Shown here piece after piece: positions 19,065 to 27,365 of a stretch of DNA of 32,000 nt. The stretch's first letter is position 1, and the number at the start of each line of letters is the position of its first letter. The stretch comes from Telmatocola sphagniphila. Lineage in GTDB: Bacteria; Planctomycetota; Planctomycetia; Gemmatales; Gemmataceae. Where the stretch lies: the NCBI RefSeq assembly GCF_018398935.1, contig NZ_CP074694.1, forward strand, positions 3,960,001 to 3,992,000, given 5' to 3'. The translations under genes were made by a program, and so were the position numbers. The notes beneath the pieces were generated by a model. It was not told the origin of the DNA. It worked only from the letters and a program-made list of their open reading frames with translations, and did not search any database.

Positions 19065-21407
19065 CTACCGCGGGTTCCCGCGGGCGACCAAATTCTCCAG
19101 ATTGAATCGGTTTGCCATATTGCCTTCGTTTACTTGTTCGCTTTGGCATTCTTCTTGGTTTTCATCGACTCTCGGAAGCGATAACTTTCGCCGTTCATCT
19201 CGAAGATGTGGCAGCGGTGGGTGAGCCGATCGAGCAATGCCGCCGTCATCCGTTCGCCCTGAAAGATCTGCACCCAGTCCCCAAACGGCAGATTGCTGGT
19301 GATCAGTAAACTCCTCCGTTCGTAGCGTTCGGCAAAGACCTGGAAGAGCAATTCCGCCGCCATCCGACTGAACGTCAAATACCCCAGCTCGTCGACTATC
19401 AACAAATCGACTCGCTCCAACTGCTGCAAAAAGCGGTCGAGTTGATGCTGCTTCTGAGCTTCTTCCAGATGATTGACCAAGCCGGCGGCAGTAAAGAAGC
19501 GGACGCGTCGTCCGGCTCGGCAAGCCGCCAGGCCCAAGGCAATCGAGAGGTGGGTTTTCCCGGTTCCGGAATCGCCGACTAAGCAGCAGTTGAAGTGCTG
19601 GTCGATCCATTCGTTGCGGGTCAGTTCCAGGATTTTGGGTTTGTTCAGGGAAGGCTGGGCGGTGAAGTCGTAGGTGTCGAAATCCTTCAAGGCGGGGAAG
19701 TGGGCCTGTTTGATCCGACTTTTGAGGACGTTGGCCGCTCGGGCAGTCACTTCCAGTTCGGTCAGACGGAGCAGGTACTGTTCGTAATTCTCGTTGGCCT
19801 GAGCCGCCTCGCGGGCCAGGGCTTCGAATTCGGCTTGGATCGTCGGCAGGCGAAGTTGCTTCAGATTGGTTTTGAGCAGCAGTCGGTGAGTCTCGATCAT
19901 CGGGGGTTTCTCCGAGGGATAAGAAGCGGTTGAATTTTTTCAGATCGGGCGGGGGTAAATGAATGTCGCGAAGGGCCTCCGGCTGTTGATCCTTGGGGAG
20001 CGAAGCCGCTAGAGAATCGCCGCAGGTGCCGCGTACGCCGTGCAGGATGGCTTCGAGATCGAAGCCCGCTTCGGAGCGTTTCTTTTCGATCTCGCATCGA
20101 ACATCCTCGATGGGATGATCTTGAAGTAACAGCAGAATCCGAGCGTACTGCTTGCGACCGCGATTAGCACCGTGCTGTTTTTCCAGAGATTTACGCAGCT
20201 CTTCAAACAGAGGAGGTAAGCGCCAGCGGCGAAACAGATCGGAGTGGTCGAGGGCGGCCGGCCGCTGCTGCAGCGTGCTCAGATAATGGCGGGGATCCAG
20301 AATCTGCTCGTGACGTTGGTAAGAACGAGGATGGGAAGCGATCGTCTGAGCGCCGAGCACTACATCGATCCGTTCGACGTAGACCTTCACCGTCACCGTT
20401 TGAAAGGCCGCCGAGCGGGGAACGCTGTAGCGATTGTTGTCGTAGCGGACCATCTGATACTTGTCGACCTTGCCCGATTCGTGGAGGCAGGGATCGAACG
20501 GACGAGGCGGCAGCAGCAAAGCCTTCTCCAATTCGCTCGCGAAGCGTTGGCCGATGGTCTGCGTTTGCCCTTGCTGCGTCCGCTGGCGATCGCGTTCGCA
20601 GCAGGTTCTTAAATGGGCATTCAACTCGGCCAGATTCCCAACGGAAGGAACCGGCGTCGCCCAGTCCCGCTGCAAGTGCCGGACTCGGCCTTCGACGTGC
20701 GGCTTCTCCTGAGGTCGACGGACCAGGCAGAACAGCGGCTGAAATGCATAGTGACTGCTCAAGGCCTGGTACCGTTCGTTGATCTGGCGTTCCCGACCGG
20801 CGAACGGATGCGGGGCCACCGTTTTGGGATTGTCCCACCAGAGTTCCCGCGGCGTCGCACCGAAGAAATGGAAAGCTTCGACCAGACCATGCAGGATCGC
20901 CTCGGTCCGTTCGCTGGGCAACGCCAACACGAAGGGGCAATTGGAGTAAGCCCAGGTCGTCACCAGAACGGGAACCAACTGGCGACCACCGGGAAAATCG
21001 ACGTGAATGTGGCCGAAATCCGCTTCGAGTCGCTGACCCGGCTCCGATTGAAGGGGAATAAACGTCTCGCGTTGGACTCGATGCTGAGACTGCACGTAAA
21101 CTCGGATGCGATCGTAGCTCCCGCGATAGCCATGCTCATCGCGCAGCCGACGGTAAATCTTGGCCGCGGTGTGACGCTGCTTGCGGGGAGCTTCTCGATC
21201 GCTCCGCAGGATCTCCTCAATAATCGCTGTGAAAGAGTCGAGCAGCGATGGCATGGCTCGTCGCTGGTACGGCTTGGGTTCCGGCTCGTCGAGAATCTGA
21301 CGGATCTTCCGCCGGGAATGATGAAAAGTCCGGGCCAGTGCACGGATGCCCATCTTATCTATTCGATGAGCCTGACGTATTCTCGCGTATTCGTCCACCT
21401 TGACCAT
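19065..21407 (-). CDS. istA: IS21 transposase IstA (780-codon ORF; IstA similarity ends near residue 505)
   Basis: HTH N-terminus, then an rve/DDE core (...EADFGHIHVDF...VTTWAYSNCPFVLALPSE...WWDNPKTV...). Recognisable IstA sequence ends around ...PPDLKKFNRFLS (about nt 19890). The frame then stays open across all of istB. Confidence 0.85.
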   Translation of the reverse strand: MVKVDEYARIRQAHRIDKMGIRALARTFHHSRRKIRQILDEPEPKPYQRRAMPSLLDSFTAIIEEILRSDREAPRKQRHTAAKIYRRLRDEHGYRGSYDRIRVYVQSQHRVQRETFIPLQSEPGQRLEADFGHIHVDFPGGRQLVPVLVTTWAYSNCPFVLALPSERTEAILHGLVEAFHFFGATPRELWWDNPKTVAPHPFAGRERQINERYQALSSHYAFQPLFCLVRRPQEKPHVEGRVRHLQRDWATPVPSVGNLAELNAHLRTCCERDRQRTQQGQTQTIGQRFASELEKALLLPPRPFDPCLHESGKVDKYQMVRYDNNRYSVPRSAAFQTVTVKVYVERIDVVLGAQTIASHPRSYQRHEQILDPRHYLSTLQQRPAALDHSDLFRRWRLPPLFEELRKSLEKQHGANRGRKQYARILLLLQDHPIEDVRCEIEKKRSEAGFDLEAILHGVRGTCGDSLAASLPKDQQPEALRDIHLPPPDLKKFNRFLSLGETPDDRDSPTAAQNQSEATSPADDPSRIRSPGPRGGSGQRELRTVPAPSDRTGSDCPSGQRPQKSDQTGPLPRLEGFRHLRLHRPAFPEQTQNPGTDPQRMDRPALQLLLSRRFRNRENPPLDCLGPGGLPSRTTRPLLYCRRLGQSSGRSSEAASTRPLFAAVGASRFVDSRRAGVFDVQSDGGGIALPGLCRTLRTEEFTDHQQSAVWGLGADLSGRTDDGGIARSAHPPLPHLRDERRKLSLPRVDENQEECQSEQVNEGNMANRFNLENLVARGNPR
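19130..19900 (-). CDS. istB: IS21 helper ATPase IstB
   Basis: Walker A GDSGTGKTHL, Walker B LLIVDELGY and ...LLITSNLPFGDW... are classic IstB features. Confidence 0.9.
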   Translation of the reverse strand: MIETHRLLLKTNLKQLRLPTIQAEFEALAREAAQANENYEQYLLRLTELEVTARAANVLKSRIKQAHFPALKDFDTYDFTAQPSLNKPKILELTRNEWIDQHFNCCLVGDSGTGKTHLSIALGLAACRAGRRVRFFTAAGLVNHLEEAQKQHQLDRFLQQLERVDLLIVDELGYLTFSRMAAELLFQVFAERYERRSLLITSNLPFGDWVQIFQGERMTAALLDRLTHRCHIFEMNGESYRFRESMKTKKNAKANK

Positions 21408-21533
21408 CCTCTGCCTCCTGCAGTCTGGGATCCCTCCAGGGGAAACCAGTTTACAGGAAGACGTTGAGGGGTGGGCCCGTTTTCGACAAGGATTTTAATG
21501 AGTACCTGGGCCCGTTTTCGACAAGGATTACCA

Positions 21534-22175
21534 CGCCGACCGTTGCTGGGCCGACAAACGCTCCAAACACGCTCGCCCAGCTGCTTCGTCACGACCCTTG
21601 GACAGAGCCAGAATCTCCGGACGCTCCCCATTCGTCAGGTCCGTCAATATTGTCGCATATCCCTTATGCCCCTTACGCAGGCTGATCTCATCCAGACCCA
21701 AACGCTCGATCTTCCGCTGGGGATCGATCTGCTTCGCCTTGGCGTCCTCTATCCGGTTCTTGACGATTCGCTCCACCGTTTCCGCGGCGATCCCCAAACG
21801 CACTGCCACGTCTTCGGCTGTGCTCCCGATCAGACTGACCAGCACCTGCTCCTCGAAGCGAAACGTATATTTCACATCCCGACGCTTGAACGGCGGCAAC
21901 AGCGATTGACGGTGACCGCACGACGGGCAGCGGTGATACACCTCCTGGTACACGAAAAAGCTCGGCTTACCCCACAAATCCAGATCGCGGATGCTCAGAA
22001 ACTTGTTCTTCTCCACCAATTGAAGCCGAGACTCTCGCTGGCATGTCTCGCAACAAAGATTGTCGGGCAACTCCCAACTCACGTGAAAGGCGTGGCCCCC
22101 GTCGATGCGTTCGTATTCGCCAACGCTCACTCCGGCAGGGACGTCCATGTCTATGGCAATGGTAGTCGTTGTCAT
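21534..22175 (-). pseudogene. ISL3-family transposase, N-terminal part
   Basis: zf-ISL3-like CETCQRES...CPSCGHRQ, then HTH. The likely start is MTTTTIAIDM at 22175. It reads ...LSAQQRSA up to the IS21 junction and continues in frame at 18993 once the IS21 and one CGCCG copy are removed. Confidence 0.85.
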
Positions 22176-22218
22176 CGGCTCTTCCGTGAACCAGGAAATG
22201 GTTACTCTAAGTTGCAAT

Positions 22219-23871
22219 CTATCCCAAAATGACTGATTCGCCGAGAGTTGCGCCTAAAAACGGAAGAGCCTGTATTTCGCCTTCTTTCATCAATTGAGGA
22301 ATGCGTTGCTCAAGTCGTTTAACGATCTCATCTTTTGTTCCTTTGGTTTGCAAAGGTGCAGAAGGTGGGAATGACGACTGATTCTCTTTCTCTCCTTTCA
22401 TTTGCTTAAGATGTTCGATGGCATTTTCATTCTTTGGGTTTAACTCTAAGGAGCGCTTGAAGTTCTTGATCGCCGACGATTTGTCACCCACAGCTTCATA
22501 GCTTTCCGCCAGGCTATCGTAAGTATTCCAGCTTTGGGGATACAAATGCACGTTAAGTTTAAAAATCTCGACCGCGTTCTTTGCCTGTCCCAAGTCCACC
22601 AATTGGTATCCCCAGGTGTTTACTGCTTCTTCCTCAAGTTGAAATTTTGCGTCCTTAGTCTTTAGTTCTTTCGCTATCTCTTGCGCATGGTCGAAACCGC
22701 GTTCCACTAATTCGGCGCGAAGAATCTTAATTGCGGGTGGAAGGCCAAACCCTGTTGAAGGATGCATGCTGGGAACGTAATGGCCAGCCAGCTCATCTAT
22801 GAATAATTCGGGATTGGCGCCTATCAAGTTGGTCAATACCACGATGGCGAGATCATCGTCTGGATAAAGAAAAAAGGCCGCTCGCCCGCCGCCGGTCGAT
22901 GCGATCGCACGGTGTTCGGACCGAGTGACAATCGGCCAGCCAAGAGCATAACCATTAACGAGATCTCCCGATCGACTCGGTTTCCCATCGTTGAGCGTTC
23001 CCGGTCTCCAAAGTATTTCAAGACTGTCTTTTTTCAAAAACCGGCCCTTTTGCAAGCCGATTATCCAGTTGGCCAAATCTTCCGCAGTTGTGTTGATTCC
23101 TACTGCGGTCCGGATCATCGGCGGCCAGTCCAGGAAAAGCGGTTCCGGTTTGTCGAGAGGTTGAAATACGCCGCGCACAATCCGGAAATATCTATAGCTT
23201 CCAGAAATTCCAGAGACGACATCGCGCGAATCGCCAAATCCCGTCAGCGGCATCGACGCGACATCGAACTGCTTCTTCTTGATGAAACTAATAAAAGGTT
23301 CACCGCTGAGTTTGTCGATAATTTTTCCCAACAGAATGTAATTGGTCTGGTTATATTTGAATTTCACCCCAGGCGCGAATTCGATGGGTAGAGTTTTAAC
23401 TTTTGTCCAAGCCTCGTCCTCGTCGTCAGCAATCATTTTGGCTTTGTCATCCCAAATATCCGGGATGCCGGATGTATGAATAAGTAATTGCAGGACCGAT
23501 ACAGCTTTCCAAGCCTCCGGCAGTTCTTCGAGATATTTCGATATTGGCGCCGAAAGATCCAACTTGCCCGCTTCCACTAACTGCATGATTGCCACGCCCG
23601 TAAAAGCTTTGGTGATGGAATGGACTGGGAAAACGGTCTTGTTGGTGACTGGAACGGAATGTTCGATATTCGCCGTTCCGTATGCGCCGAGCAGTACGAT
23701 TTTTCCGTGCTGGACCACCGCAACCTGAAGCCCGGGAATCCGACGCCTCTGCATCTCGCGACGAAGAAATATTTCAATATTGTCTTGAGGCTTGTCTTCT
23801 TTTTTTGGCTGAGCGTGTGTCGGGTGACCGGTCACGACTAAGAGCAGCATGACTGACAATATGACGCGCAT
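22219..23871 (-). CDS. Secreted serine hydrolase (beta-lactamase/PBP4-like family) with TPR-like region; 3' end replaced by ISL3 sequence
   Basis: Signal-peptide-like N-terminus MRVILSVMLLLVVTGHPTHA; S-x-x-K motif HSITKAF; Y-x-N-like FKYNQTNY. The last 16 codons (ALPFLGATLGESVILG) are read from inside the ISL3 inverted repeat, which ends at 22270. Confidence 0.85.
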   Translation of the reverse strand: MRVILSVMLLLVVTGHPTHAQPKKEDKPQDNIEIFLRREMQRRRIPGLQVAVVQHGKIVLLGAYGTANIEHSVPVTNKTVFPVHSITKAFTGVAIMQLVEAGKLDLSAPISKYLEELPEAWKAVSVLQLLIHTSGIPDIWDDKAKMIADDEDEAWTKVKTLPIEFAPGVKFKYNQTNYILLGKIIDKLSGEPFISFIKKKQFDVASMPLTGFGDSRDVVSGISGSYRYFRIVRGVFQPLDKPEPLFLDWPPMIRTAVGINTTAEDLANWIIGLQKGRFLKKDSLEILWRPGTLNDGKPSRSGDLVNGYALGWPIVTRSEHRAIASTGGGRAAFFLYPDDDLAIVVLTNLIGANPELFIDELAGHYVPSMHPSTGFGLPPAIKILRAELVERGFDHAQEIAKELKTKDAKFQLEEEAVNTWGYQLVDLGQAKNAVEIFKLNVHLYPQSWNTYDSLAESYEAVGDKSSAIKNFKRSLELNPKNENAIEHLKQMKGEKENQSSFPPSAPLQTKGTKDEIVKRLEQRIPQLMKEGEIQALPFLGATLGESVILG

Positions 23872-23981
23872 TGCGAACCCTTCTTCAATTCTGGAAGTAC
23901 AACGATCTTCTGAATTTCGCCGCTTCGATGCGAAACCGTGAGTGATTATCTGCGGGCATCCGTTCCGTGTATAGGACGGAA

Positions 23982-24910
23982 TTAAGATTCTTGAACGCGA
24001 TTTGGATTGCCAGTAGAAAACCGGCGGTATTCCAAAGGAGAATATCCAGTCTGCTTCTTAAAGACTCGACAGAAGTGACTTTGATCGGAAAAACCTAAGA
24101 GAAGTGCCACTTCGGATAGAGGCTGATCAGTCTTATCCAGCAAGTCTCGAGCGCGATCGATGCGGCGTAAACGGACAAACTCGCCAATACTCATCCCGAA
24201 GTGTTTATGAAAGCTAGAGGCGAGATAAGTTGGATGAACACCAACATCTGCGGCTAGCTGTTTTAATGAAGGCACGATCTCATATTCTTCGTGCAATCGA
24301 TCCCGGACTCTTCGTAGCCAGATTGGAACCTTGCTGTCGCGCACGCACTCGCGAACCGTTTCCGCTAACAGCAGGTATGTCAACCCTTCGAAAGCAATGC
24401 CCGAAACGGAATCGCGGTTGAGCAATTCTTTATAAATATTCCTGGCCACCAGACAGGCTCGGCCGCCGTCAGTATGCCAGATCGGATCGGATAAACGGAC
24501 GCGGTTAATCTCTTCGCAAAAGCTAGGCACGAATTCCACGTGCATGCAACGTCCTTGCTCGTGCCACTTGTTAGAATGCTCGATACCGGCCGGATGGAAG
24601 ACAAGCGAACCAGGTTTCAGCGGCTCACAACGCCCGCCGGTACGCTCCTCGCAAATTCCATCGAGTACGAAACAGAAATACGGATCGCGATGTTCATGCT
24701 TTGGAAAAGCTACGCCTTTGGAGTAGTGGGATAAATCGATGCAAAGTTCGTCAGACGACCAACTTTGGTGGCTAATACCAAAAAAGGTTTTCGGTTTAAG
24801 TCTAAGCAAAGCTATACCCCTCCAGCAGTATGGCGGAGAGAGCCATCTTCTCGGCAAATCGACTGTTTTCAGCGCAATCTTTTTTCGTATGAAGCGAAGG
24901 GCTATTTTGG
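23982..24910 (-). CDS. AraC-family transcriptional regulator (cupin + HTH); 5' end abuts/clipped by ISAs1 copy 2
   Basis: Cupin-like FPKHEHRDPYFCFVLDG...FHPAGIEHSN and a C-terminal AraC HTH (...LKQLAADVGVHPTYLASSFHKHFGMSIGEFVRLRRIDRARDLL...LGFSDQSHFCRVFKKQTGYSPLEYRR). The listed ORF start (24953) lies inside the IS. No ATG was found in the native part before MHVEF, so the true start is unresolved. Confidence 0.8.
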
Positions 24911-26199
24911 CAGGGAAATCGCGCTTAAATTCCAAGAAAACATCTAATGTCATTAATTGTATTGCGCATCGTTCTTCTTTAGTGGAGGATGTGGAAATCG
25001 CTCGCTAGATCGCCCTGGGGTTCCTCGATGTTTCAGCTTTCCGAACTATCTCCCGCGCCGGCGAAAACTCCGTTGACCGATCTCCTCGTCCACTTCGCGG
25101 ATTTGCCCGACCACCGCCTCGATCGTTGCCAACAACACACGCTTTCGGAAATCATTTTCATAGCCATTTGCGCCGCGGTTTCCGGAGCCAACGACTGGGT
25201 GGCCGTCGAAGCTTTCGGCGTGACCAAGATCGACTGGTTCCGGAAGTATCTCCCTTGCCCAACGGCATCCCGAGCCATGACACTTTCGGCCGAGTTTTCC
25301 GCTATCTGGACACGGATGCTTTCGAGGCCTGCTTCGCTTCATGGATGGCGGAAATCTGCGTCGGGACCGACCTGCTTCAGGTGGCGATCGACGGCAAGAC
25401 GATGCGTTCGTCAGGCGGTCCGGGTCAGAAGTGCCTGCACGTGGTCAGCGCGTTTGCGACGGCCAACCGCGTGACGCTGGGCCAAGAGGCGGTGGACGAT
25501 AAATCGAACGAGATCACCGCGATCCCGGAATTGCTGAAACGGCTGGACATTGCCGGAAAAATCGTGACTATCGACGCGATGGGCTGTCAAAAAAATCGCC
25601 GAGGCGGTGCGGGAACGGGACGCGGATTACCTGTTGGCGGTGAAGGACAATCAACCGACTCTCTTGGCCGAGATCAAGGCTCATTACTTCAAGCATTTGG
25701 AGTCCGGATTCGCCGATGTACCGACGACGTTCTGCGAATCGACGGAGAAGAATCGAGGCCGAGTGGAGTACCGTTCGTGCCTCGTGTTTTCGGACGTCAA
25801 TTTCTTATCGATGAAGGACGATTGGAAAGGCTTGAAGACGGTGGTCGTGGTGGTGACCGACCGCCGAGAAAACCACAAGAGCGCGAGCGAAATCCGCTAC
25901 TATATTTGCAGCCGAGCGTCGGACGCTCCGGTGTTGGCGAAAGCGGTCCGGGAACATTGGACGATCGAGAATAATTTGCATTGGTCCTTGGATGTGACAT
26001 TCGGCGACGACGACAGCCGGGTTCGAAAAGATAACGGCCCTCAGAATTTCGCCAGGATTAAAAGGTTGGCTCTGAGCATAGTAGCGAATGCGAGCGGCAA
26101 GGAATCGATGGCAGTCAAACGACTGAAAGCCTGCGCCAGCGATGAACGCCGAGAATTAATTATTCGAGAATTCCTTCAGCTTTAAATGCGATTTCCCTG
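24911..26199 (+). mobile_element. ISAs1-family insertion sequence, copy 2 (1289 bp)
   Basis: Same ends and the same ORF pattern as copy 1. I noticed one difference (G at 12735 vs A at 26083, synonymous). The flanks (...CTATTTTGG | ACTGAAGAGC...) show no direct duplication. Confidence 0.9.
24989..26185 (+). pseudogene. ISAs1-family transposase with the same two frameshifts as copy 1
   Basis: The ORF-track translations in all listed frames are identical to copy 1, at an offset of 13348 nt. Confidence 0.85.
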
Positions 26200-26235
26200 A
26201 CTGAAGAGCCCGGCAAGAAATTCTCCAACACGAAG

Positions 26236-26544
26236 TTGGATTTGGAGTATTTGGCACTATTGCACTACGCCGACGCCCTTGCCAGCGACGAAACGTCCGG
26301 TGATATGGCTGAAATGTGCAAGAGGATCTTCGGCTCTTCGAAGAAACACATCTCATCGAAACAGCTCCTTGCGTCCATGCCCCATAAAGAAGATATTTGC
26401 CTTGATGCTTACTTCACATGGGATCGACGAGGCAGAACACTTGGGCACGACCTCGACGATTGGCTGTCAGCTGAGCGGGCACTGATGGTGCAGGTTTGGG
26501 ATCGGCTTGGGCTTGATAATGATTCCAGCAACACGGCTCTTTGA
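26236..26544 (+). CDS. DUF2934-like small protein
   Basis: DAYFTWDRRGRTLGHDLDDWLSAERAL matches the AYFxWxxRGxxxGxxxxDWxxAE signature. The frame is open upstream into the ISAs1 end, so the 5' end may be clipped. Confidence 0.55.
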   Translation: MDLEYLALLHYADALASDETSGDMAEMCKRIFGSSKKHISSKQLLASMPHKEDICLDAYFTWDRRGRTLGHDLDDWLSAERALMVQVWDRLGLDNDSSNTAL

Positions 26545-26856
26545 GCATCGTCCTTGTCTTAAAAAAACTCAAACAGAGTCAGCATTTACTTCATCCATCG
26601 GCGCAGAATCCCAGATTCCAAACCGCGTACCCGGCTACAAAAAGTTCAATAGCCAGCTTGTCGTCCCGGTTTAACAAGACTTAAATGCGAGTTATCACTT
26701 ATCCGTGGGAACGTTTTGGGAACATCATTGGCCATGCGAGGCCAACGTTTCTAAAATGCAAACAGAGGCATTACTTATCGCAAACACCGACACCATTGGC
26801 GATTGCGACGTGAACCAAATGTGAATTCAATGTGCTTCACAGGGGCCACTGATAGC

Positions 26857-26876
26857 TTCGAATCCTAGTCGGGTAA
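26857..26876 (+). repeat. tRNA 3'-end-like 20-nt core, copy B (att-like)
   Basis: TTCGAATCCTAGTCGGGTAA is an exact inverted copy of 4114-4133. No complementary acceptor strand (TACCCGA) or D/anticodon arms lie upstream. An integrase stub starts 180 nt downstream. Confidence 0.6.
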
Positions 26877-27056
26877 CTCGTTTTTAAGACGCCTAAAAAA
26901 TTCTTAAATATTTATCAAATAAGCACTTACGAAAAACGCCCTTTGTGCTGACTTCGTCGCCAAACGCCTTTTTGGATGCAAATTTGGTGCAGCATCGCTC
27001 CCGTGTTAGGCTCGCGTCGATGGACCCATCCCTCACAATTTGTGGGGAGGATTGCA

Positions 27057-27365
27057 ATGGCGTGGCTTGAAGTGCGTGGCAAGCGTCACCGCATCAAATT
27101 CCGTTACAACGGTAACAATTACTCTGTCTCTTTGAAGACCGGCAACGAGCGAGAGGCCGAACTCTCGCTGGAGGCTAGAAGAGAAACTTATTTTGATTGA
27201 GCGGGGAAGGCTGGCGGTGCCCCCGGGTGGCTAAATCGTAATTTTCCTATTGTCCGGTGGCAAACTCAATCACCAACCCGTCCTGGCCAATGGGCTAACC
27301 CTTCAGGAGCTATTTCAGGTTTACGAGAACCATTTCACCGCAGGTGTGAAGGAGGCCAATAGCTC
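27057..27365 (+). pseudogene. Tyrosine recombinase (phage-type integrase) N-terminal stub
   Basis: A GGGGAGG Shine-Dalgarno-like site precedes ATG 27057. MAWLEVRGKRHRIKFRYNGNNYSVSLKTGNEREAE is an arm-binding-type N-terminus. A frameshift follows (EEKLILIERGRLAVPPGG), then an in-frame TAA, then IVIFLLSGGKLNHQPV...LTLQELFQVYENHFTAGVKEANS. Similarity stops near 27360 and no catalytic domain is present. Confidence 0.65.

Larger units (their letters stand above)
18999..21533 (-). mobile_element. IS21-family insertion sequence (2535 bp), apparently complete
   Basis: Ends TGGTAATCCTTATCCAAAACGGGCCCA (18999-) and the rc of the other end, TGGTAATCCTTGTCGAAAACGGGCCCA (-21533). Each end carries a second internal GAAAACGGGCCCA repeat. 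5-bp direct duplication CGCCG at 18994-18998 and 21534-21538. Carries istA and istB. Confidence 0.9.
18307..22270 (-). mobile_element. ISL3-family element (about 1.42 kb) interrupted by an IS21 insertion
   Basis: Inverted repeats GGCTCTTCCGTTTCTAGGTGTAGCA (18307-18331) and the rc of 22246-22270, GGCTCTTCCGTTTTTAGGCGCAACT (20/25). Transposase halves lie on either side of the IS21. No flanking direct duplication was found. Confidence 0.85.

Noticed and set aside
20203-21467. Long ORFs on both strands inside the IS21 (20203..20940 -, 20613..21467 +, 20960..21343 -)
   Set aside because: They overlap the istA frame, which has clear HTH and DDE similarity. Their products are Arg/Pro/Gly-rich, as expected of off-frame GC-rich sequence.
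11563-26199. The two direct ISAs1 copies as the ends of a composite transposon carrying Gabija, the IS cluster, the hydrolase and AraC
   Set aside because: Copy 1 has its own perfect 10-bp duplication on both of its sides, so it is a simple insertion into gajB. The outer flanks of the pair (CCAATCCTTT vs ACTGAAGAGC) do not match.
26781-26876. An intact tRNA gene ending at the 20-nt core (and likewise on the minus strand at 4114..4210)
   Set aside because: Upstream of the TTCGAAT loop there is no G53 or complementary T-stem strand, no TACCCGA acceptor strand, and no D or anticodon arms in either copy.
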